Shown here: piece after piece, positions 15,685-20,000 of the stretch
Numbering within the stretch: the stretch's first letter is position 1
How the letters are laid out: each line of letters starts with the position of its first letter
Source of the DNA: an uncultured virus (IMG/VR IMGVR_UViG_3300046718_001244)
Taxonomy: Duplodnaviria > Heunggongvirae > Uroviricota > Caudoviricetes
Length of the DNA stretch: 20,000 nucleotides
IMG/VR virus record: IMGVR_UViG_3300046718_001244
Strand: one strand, 5' to 3'
Notes under the pieces: model-generated
What the model saw: only the letters and a program-made list of their open reading frames with translations
Told to the model about the DNA's origin: nothing
The model's database searches: none
Translations under genes and position numbers: made by a program

Positions 15685-16087
15685 TCTCTACGTGTCGATC
15701 GAGGTCGGCTACCAGAACGCCACGGCCTGGCTTGCCCTCTTCAAGGGCCGGTCCATGGACCTCGCGCGAGGGATCATCGTCGATGCGTTCGGCGACTGCG
15801 CCGACCGTGAGAGCGATCCTCGCCCGGGCTACCTGACGGGAGCAGAGATCCGCGATCGGCAGGACCACGACGAGTGTCCTTGGAAGCTCGACGAGCCCTA
15901 CTGGGTCCGCCTCGTCCCGGGGGAGGAGTTCGCGTCGATCGTCCGGGACAAGCGATGGAGGATCTTGCAGGATGGCGACCTCGCCGACCTGGAGTGCGGG
16001 CCGGAGCTTCGCGCGGTGGCCGCTCTCGTCGAAGCCTTGCTCGTGGAGGGCCTGCCCGTGAGGGTCTGGTGCTGGCATTCCCAATGA
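15674..16087 (+). CDS. Phage hypothetical protein, 137 aa (MGSDLYVSIE...VRVWCWHSQ)
   Basis: ATG 15674 follows GAGGAGG. The termini resemble a widespread phage family starting MGxDIH and ending vRxvfwF. Confidence 0.65.
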   Translation: MGSDLYVSIEVGYQNATAWLALFKGRSMDLARGIIVDAFGDCADRESDPRPGYLTGAEIRDRQDHDECPWKLDEPYWVRLVPGEEFASIVRDKRWRILQDGDLADLECGPELRAVAALVEALLVEGLPVRVWCWHSQ

Positions 16088-16359
16088 GCAAGGAGAAGCA
16101 GATCCCCGAGATCCCGTCGCTCCGCTGCCCCTCGTGCGGGACCCGTATGATGACCGGCTTTCCCCTCTGCCTCATCTCCCCCTCCGGTCCCGAGAACCTC
16201 ACCGTGTGCCCCTCGTGCGAGAAGGCGTGGAGGTACGGAGTGGAGATCGAGCTCGCGGAGGCGAAGGTCGGGCTTCTCTTCGGTCCCGAGAAGCTAGAGG
16301 TCGAGCGGATGATCAAGCTCTGTCTCGCGTGCCAGGGCAAGGGGAGGGGGACGCGATGA
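16084..16359 (+). CDS. Zn-ribbon protein, 91 aa
   Basis: RCPSCG, VCPSCE and CLAC; ATGA overlaps. Confidence 0.65.
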   Translation: MSKEKQIPEIPSLRCPSCGTRMMTGFPLCLISPSGPENLTVCPSCEKAWRYGVEIELAEAKVGLLFGPEKLEVERMIKLCLACQGKGRGTR

Positions 16360-16886
16360 CCGGCGGCGCCGACCTCTCCGACTGCGGCCGCTACCGCTAC
16401 CGCCTCTGGCGTTATGACCTGCTCCCGCCTGACACATGGATCCCCTCGAATGACACCCTCTCCTGCCTCTTTCTCATGCTCAACCCGAGCACCGCCGATG
16501 CGGACAAGGACGACCCGACGATCCGCAAGTGCATCGGCTTCTGCAAGCGCTGGGGCTACGGGCGCCTCGTCGTCTGCAATCTCTTCGCGTACCGCTCGAC
16601 GAGCCCCGCCGGTCTCCTCGGCATCGAGGACCCGAAGGGGCCAGACAACGACGCCTTCCTCGTGGCCGAGCTCGGGGCCAGCAGCCTCGTCGTGCTCGCG
16701 TGGGGGAGCCACCAGGAGATCCGCCGCATGGTCGAGCGACGCGCCTTCGAGGTCCGGCGCGTCTTCGATAGGTTCTCCCCGTCGCTAGAGAAGAAGGTCG
16801 TCACGCTCGGCCGGTGCAAGGACGGGCAGCCGCGCCACCCGCTCATGCTCTCGTACGACACGGAGCCCGAGAGGTTGGTGCGGTGA
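16356..16886 (+). CDS. DUF1643 family protein, 176 aa
   Basis: SDCGRYRYRLWR, FLMLNPSTAD...DDPTIRKC, NLFAYRST, VVLAWG and GQPRHPL. Confidence 0.92.
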   Translation: MTGGADLSDCGRYRYRLWRYDLLPPDTWIPSNDTLSCLFLMLNPSTADADKDDPTIRKCIGFCKRWGYGRLVVCNLFAYRSTSPAGLLGIEDPKGPDNDAFLVAELGASSLVVLAWGSHQEIRRMVERRAFEVRRVFDRFSPSLEKKVVTLGRCKDGQPRHPLMLSYDTEPERLVR

Positions 16887-17050
16887 TGCGACCCTTCTTC
16901 GCCGACGGAGACAGAGCGATGCGGCCCCGCCGCTGGCTCGCATGGAAGTTCTACGACATGGCCTCGTGGCTCCACGTGAAGGGGGCTCTCTGGCTCTCGT
17001 GGGAGCAGGGGCAAGACCACGACGACACGACCCAACAAAAGGAGCAGTGA
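16886..17050 (+). CDS. Small Trp-rich hypothetical protein, 54 aa
   Basis: TGATG overlap with the DUF1643 gene; it fills the gap to the KGG gene. Confidence 0.5.
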   Translation: MRPFFADGDRAMRPRRWLAWKFYDMASWLHVKGALWLSWEQGQDHDDTTQQKEQ

Positions 17051-17053
17051 CCC

Positions 17054-17317
17054 ATGGCTCTACTTCGACCGCGCGTACATACAAAACCGATCGGCTTCGC
17101 CGCGATGCCCGAGGAGACGCAGAGAGAGATCGCGTCGAAGGGCGGGAAGGCGGCGCACGCGAAGGGCGTCGCGCACGAGTACGAGGCAGGGAGCGAGCTC
17201 GCGAAGGCGGCGGGGCGCAAGGGCGGCCACGCGGTGGCCCGCGATCGCGCTCACATGGCGGAGATCGGACGGAGGGGCGGGCAGGCGAAGCATGCGAGGC
17301 GCGGCACGATTCCGTGA
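17054..17317 (+). CDS. KGG-repeat general stress protein (YciG/Con-10/GsiB-like), 87 aa
   Basis: GFAAMPEETQREIASKGGKAAH, AKAAGRKGG and HMAEIGRRGG; SD AAGGAG. Confidence 0.9.
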   Translation: MALLRPRVHTKPIGFAAMPEETQREIASKGGKAAHAKGVAHEYEAGSELAKAAGRKGGHAVARDRAHMAEIGRRGGQAKHARRGTIP

Positions 17318-17628
17318 GCCGCGCGAAGGCGTCGAAGGCGCTCGAGCGGATCGAGACGCCGGCCTTCTCGGAGGAGGGCCCGTTCCCGGAGACGATCGTC
17401 CAGATCCGCCTCGACGGCACGAGGCGGGCCTACATCCGCGCCGATGGGCCCGAGCTTCAAGAGACCATCGCCGGCGCCGTGAAGGCCGAGAGGGAGGCCT
17501 GCGCTCTCCTCTGCGACGAGGTCGCCCAGTCGCAGACCAAGCCGGACAACCTCCGGGCGACCGACCCGCGCGCGACGGCGCGGAGCGCGGCCTGCAAGTG
17601 CGCGTGGACCATCCGGCAGCGCAAGTGA
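17314..17628 (+). CDS. Phage hypothetical protein with AEREACA motif, 104 aa
   Basis: GTGA overlap. AVKAEREACALLCD...CAWTIRQR is a frequent phage module. Confidence 0.65.
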   Translation: MSRAKASKALERIETPAFSEEGPFPETIVQIRLDGTRRAYIRADGPELQETIAGAVKAEREACALLCDEVAQSQTKPDNLRATDPRATARSAACKCAWTIRQRK

Positions 17629-17855
17629 CTCGCCGCTACGTGACCCTCACGATGACCTCCCCGAAGAAGGATCCCCGATCGGGGGATCCCTTCCGGTGGT
17701 CGGTCATCGTGAGCGAGGAGATCGCAGAGGAGACGAGGGCCGCGTGGGAGGCGCGCGGCGTCTCGGTCTCTGTCACACGGACGTCGGATCCCGAAGGATC
17801 GCCTGGCGAAGCGCGATCCCGTGGTCGTGGACGGCGAGCCGTCCGATCTTCCTAG
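17625..17855 (+). CDS. Hypothetical protein, 76 aa (last gene of the rightward operon)
   Basis: GTGA overlap with the previous gene. The 3' end overlaps the convergent gene by 83 nt. Confidence 0.45.
   Translation: MTRRYVTLTMTSPKKDPRSGDPFRWSVIVSEEIAEETRAAWEARGVSVSVTRTSDPEGSPGEARSRGRGRRAVRSS
17664..17693 (-). terminator. Possible intrinsic terminator hairpin for the replication operon
   Basis: The minus strand reads GGATCCCC-CGATC-GGGGATCC followed by TTCTTC, about 80 nt downstream of the stop at 17773. The U-tract is imperfect. Confidence 0.35.
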
Positions 17856-18177
17856 AGGCGCTGACGATCGTCGTGTGGTCGCGTCCGAAGATCCCCCCGA
17901 TCTCCGCGAACGCGAGTTTGGTGTGCCGGCGGAGCCACGCCTGGAGCTCGTGGCGGGCCATGGTGACGGTCGGGCGGTGGTCGCGGCCGTAGAGCGCGTC
18001 GATGACGACGCCTCGGGCCGAGCAGATCGCGCGGGCCGCGGTCGTCGCGCCGAGCTGCGTGAGGTGCTTGGCGAAGGGGGAGTCGCCGAGCGGCGCCGGC
18101 GTGGGGAGCCGAGGCCGCCCGAGGACCTTCGCCGCTCGCTCGTTCAACTCGGCTTCGGTGAATTCGAGGGCGCTCAT
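17773..18177 (-). CDS. Stand-alone DnaA C-terminal (domain IV) HTH protein, 134 aa
   Basis: ATG 18177 (TGATG). LYGRDHRPTVTMARHELQAWLRRHTKLAFAEIGGIFGRDHTTIVSASRKI matches the Bac_DnaA_C signature (IG..FGRDHTTV). Confidence 0.85.
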   Translation of the reverse strand: MSALEFTEAELNERAAKVLGRPRLPTPAPLGDSPFAKHLTQLGATTAARAICSARGVVIDALYGRDHRPTVTMARHELQAWLRRHTKLAFAEIGGIFGRDHTTIVSASRKIGRLAVHDHGIALRQAILRDPTSV

Positions 18178-18710
18178 CAGGGCTCCATCGGGACGACCTG
18201 GTGGCCGCATTGGATCACTCTTGCGCCTTCGAGGATCCGACGCGCAATGCCTTCGCCGTACCGACGGCTCACCTCTCCCAAGGGAAGCCACGTGGTTACC
18301 CATAGTGGCAGGCACTCCTCGTACCGCGCGATGACAATGGTCGGGATGGGTGTCATCTGGACCAACGGATCTTGTCCGAGATCGTCGATCACTAGGAGCT
18401 TCGCCGAGATGGCCGCGTCTCGGATGCGCCGGTCGTTGTCGATGACCAATCGGTGCGCGTTGACGAACAGGATCTCGCTCTGGTGCTGGACGCCCATCGC
18501 CTCGATTCGCTCACGAAACGCCGCCGCCGCGAGGCTACTTTTCCCGGATCCGGAGCCGCCAACCAACACGATCTTATTCTTGCTCGCCATCGCCGCGAGC
18601 GTCTCGGCGATGGCTTCTTTCCGCTCGACGCGTTCGGCCAGGTCAGGCTCTCCAATCTTGAGCCCGCGCGTAAACTTCGGAATGAAGGAGTCCAGTGTGT
18701 TGACGTCCAT
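18177..18710 (-). CDS. DnaC/IstB-like AAA+ ATPase, paralog 2, 177 aa
   Basis: ATG 18710 (TGATG). Walker A GGSGSGKS, Walker B LLVIDDLG, ARYE...LWVTT and RYGEGIARRI. Confidence 0.85.
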   Translation of the reverse strand: MDVNTLDSFIPKFTRGLKIGEPDLAERVERKEAIAETLAAMASKNKIVLVGGSGSGKSSLAAAAFRERIEAMGVQHQSEILFVNAHRLVIDNDRRIRDAAISAKLLVIDDLGQDPLVQMTPIPTIVIARYEECLPLWVTTWLPLGEVSRRYGEGIARRILEGARVIQCGHQVVPMEP

Positions 18711-19504
18711 CAGAGCTTCTCCATGTCGACCGCGCGGTTGCCGCACTGGATGATGGTGGCGTCCTGCAGGATTCGCCGCGCGAACCCGTCCCCGTATCGC
18801 CGAGTCATCTCGGCGCGACTGAGCCACGTGGTCACCCAGAGTCGCCTGCCGGCCTCGTAGCGCCCAGAGACGAGTTCCGGAACGGCACTGTTTCGGATAC
18901 CTGGGTACGGATCCTGTCCGAGGTCGTCGAGCACCAGTAGCGGAGCCTTCATGGCTCGTTCGACCTCCGGAGGCATCCCATGCCCCATGGGGTAGAGATC
19001 GCGCGCAAACGCCATGCGCCGCGCCTCTGCAAATTGCACTAGATTTATTTTGCCACCGAAGCGATGCCGGATCGCTGCCGCTACAAGGCTAGTTTTTCCG
19101 GTTCCGGAGTGACCCGTGAAGACGATCTTGCGCTCGTCGCCTTCGCACGCCTCCCTCGCCTGTTCGATGGCTTCCTTTCGCTGCACGCGATCGGCTAGCT
19201 CCTGCGTGCCGAAGCGAAGATGGGTCACAAATCGCGGTAGAATGAGTTGCAGGACGTCGAACTCCACCGGCTCGCGGTCCACGAACTCTCCCGTCGGCGC
19301 CATCGTTCCACGGGCCGCCGCGATTTTGCTCATTCGCTCTCCAAGCGAGCGAAACTCGTCCTCCAAGCTCTTGATGCCCCTACCTTCCGGCGCTGCTTGT
19401 CGCGCCGCTTCTATCTCATCGCGCCGACGCTTGAGCGCCTCCCACTCCTCGGCCGTAGGGTCTACTTTCTTCGGTCCATCCTTTTTGTCGTTCCCGTCTT
19501 CCAT
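18710..19504 (-). CDS. DnaC/IstB-like AAA+ ATPase (helicase loader), paralog 1, 264 aa
   Basis: SD AAGGAG. Walker A GHSGTGKT, Walker B LLVLDDLG, GRYE...LWVTT and RYGDGFARRI, with an N-terminal coiled-coil extension. Confidence 0.88.
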   Translation of the reverse strand: MEDGNDKKDGPKKVDPTAEEWEALKRRRDEIEAARQAAPEGRGIKSLEDEFRSLGERMSKIAAARGTMAPTGEFVDREPVEFDVLQLILPRFVTHLRFGTQELADRVQRKEAIEQAREACEGDERKIVFTGHSGTGKTSLVAAAIRHRFGGKINLVQFAEARRMAFARDLYPMGHGMPPEVERAMKAPLLVLDDLGQDPYPGIRNSAVPELVSGRYEAGRRLWVTTWLSRAEMTRRYGDGFARRILQDATIIQCGNRAVDMEKL

Positions 19505-20000
19505 CCCTCTTCTCCTTGGTCCGGCGGCTGCACGCGAGTAGCCGATGGCGTCTGTACGAAATCCTTGAACGTGAACACGTTGAGCTTGTGAGGGGCGCTT
19601 CGAGCAAAGGCGGCACCTTTCTCGCGCGCCCAGTCGATCCGGTCCCCCATCTCGCGCCGCTCAAGCATGGAGAGGAGCAGGTTGAGCTCGGAACCTTGGG
19701 GGGAGAGGTAGTCCATCCCGGTGACGGACATGACCCCCTCCACCCACGCGGCGACCGCCATTCCGAAGCATCCGTCGTCTGTCGGCGATCGCGCCGTGCG
19801 GGCAAGGCGAGCGATCGGGTGACCGGATGAGACCGCCGTCACATGTGACGTCACCAACGGCGTCACCGCGTGGGACCGGTCGTCACATGTGACGTCACCG
19901 CCCTCGCGCGCGATCTGCTCTCTCCTTGCTTCCTTCGGAAGGAAAACCGGAGAGATCTCGTCTGATCGACCTTGAAATACACCCCCCCCTCCCCCCACGG
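19462..20000 (-). CDS. Putative phage replication initiator, C-terminal part (partial, enters from right edge)
   Basis: Open frame from the edge, directly upstream of the DnaC-like loaders. It has a low-complexity linker carrying iteron-like repeats, then a helical C-terminal domain. The call rests on position and repeats, not on sequence homology. Confidence 0.6.
   Translation of the reverse strand, partial: VGGGGGVFQGRSDEISPVFLPKEARREQIAREGGDVTCDDRSHAVTPLVTSHVTAVSSGHPIARLARTARSPTDDGCFGMAVAAWVEGVMSVTGMDYLSPQGSELNLLLSMLERREMGDRIDWAREKGAAFARSAPHKLNVFTFKDFVQTPSATRVQPPDQGEEGWKTGTTKRMDRRK
19837..19899. repeat. Iteron-like 19-bp direct repeats (putative replication origin)
   Basis: CGTCACATGTGACGTCACC occurs at 19837-19855 and 19881-19899 (44-bp period), with an extra CGTCACC at 19861-19867. 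Each unit holds the palindromes CGTCACATGTGACG and GTGACGTCAC. Confidence 0.75.

Larger units (their letters stand above)
1..20000. mobile_element. Phage/prophage-like genome segment (structural, accessory and replication modules)
   Basis: Gene density is near 100% with ATGA/GTGA/TGATG start-stop overlaps. There are many small hypothetical and Zn-finger genes, phage-typical families (DUF5131, DUF1643, RyR, Thg1, DnaC-like loader, initiator with iterons) and fibre/spike-like proteins. No housekeeping genes are present. Confidence 0.9.

Noticed and set aside
18177..19504. IS21-family element (IstB-like ATPases)
   Set aside because: There is no IstA transposase and no terminal inverted repeats. 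The context (initiator, iterons, DnaA-IV) indicates phage replication.
19837..19899. Mini CRISPR array
   Set aside because: There are only two 19-bp repeats with a 25-bp gap that itself contains the repeat core. They lie inside a CDS and no cas genes are present.
1..20000. tRNA, rRNA or structured ncRNA genes; integrase/att sites; diversity-generating retroelement
   Set aside because: Intergenic gaps are all under 80 bp and none shows a cloverleaf. No recombinase, reverse transcriptase or template/variable repeat pair was seen.

Overview
A very GC-rich, almost gap-free 20 kb segment of a bacteriophage or prophage-like element. No integrase, terminase or major capsid gene lies inside the window, so the virus class and host cannot be fixed. 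There are three blocks. (1) A leftward block (1-8811, minus strand) holds putative virion genes: a modular spike/receptor-binding protein running off the left edge (missed by the ORF track), a jelly-roll-like small protein, two membrane-anchored proteins, a Pro-rich protein with seven G-[LVI]-G motifs and a G-x-G-Y repeat protein. These are preceded by a RadC-type JAB metalloenzyme and a sigma4-like HTH gene. (2) A compact divergent control region (8812-8889) with a palindromic double -35 (TTGACA-C-TGTCAA) drives a translationally coupled rightward operon of about 19 genes. It includes an RHH regulator, an ARC/Mpa-like proteasomal AAA+ ATPase lacking the GQYL tail and the pore-loop aromatic, a Thg1-like 3'-5' polymerase, DUF5131, an AbiEii-like nucleotidyltransferase, RyR-domain, cupin, DUF1643 and KGG proteins, and several Zn fingers. 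(3) A convergent replication block (17773-20000, minus strand) holds an initiator with internal iterons, two tandem paralogous DnaC/IstB-like ATPases and a stand-alone DnaA domain IV HTH. All family calls come from motif recognition by eye, not database searches. Most long ORFs on the opposite strand in the track are GC shadows.
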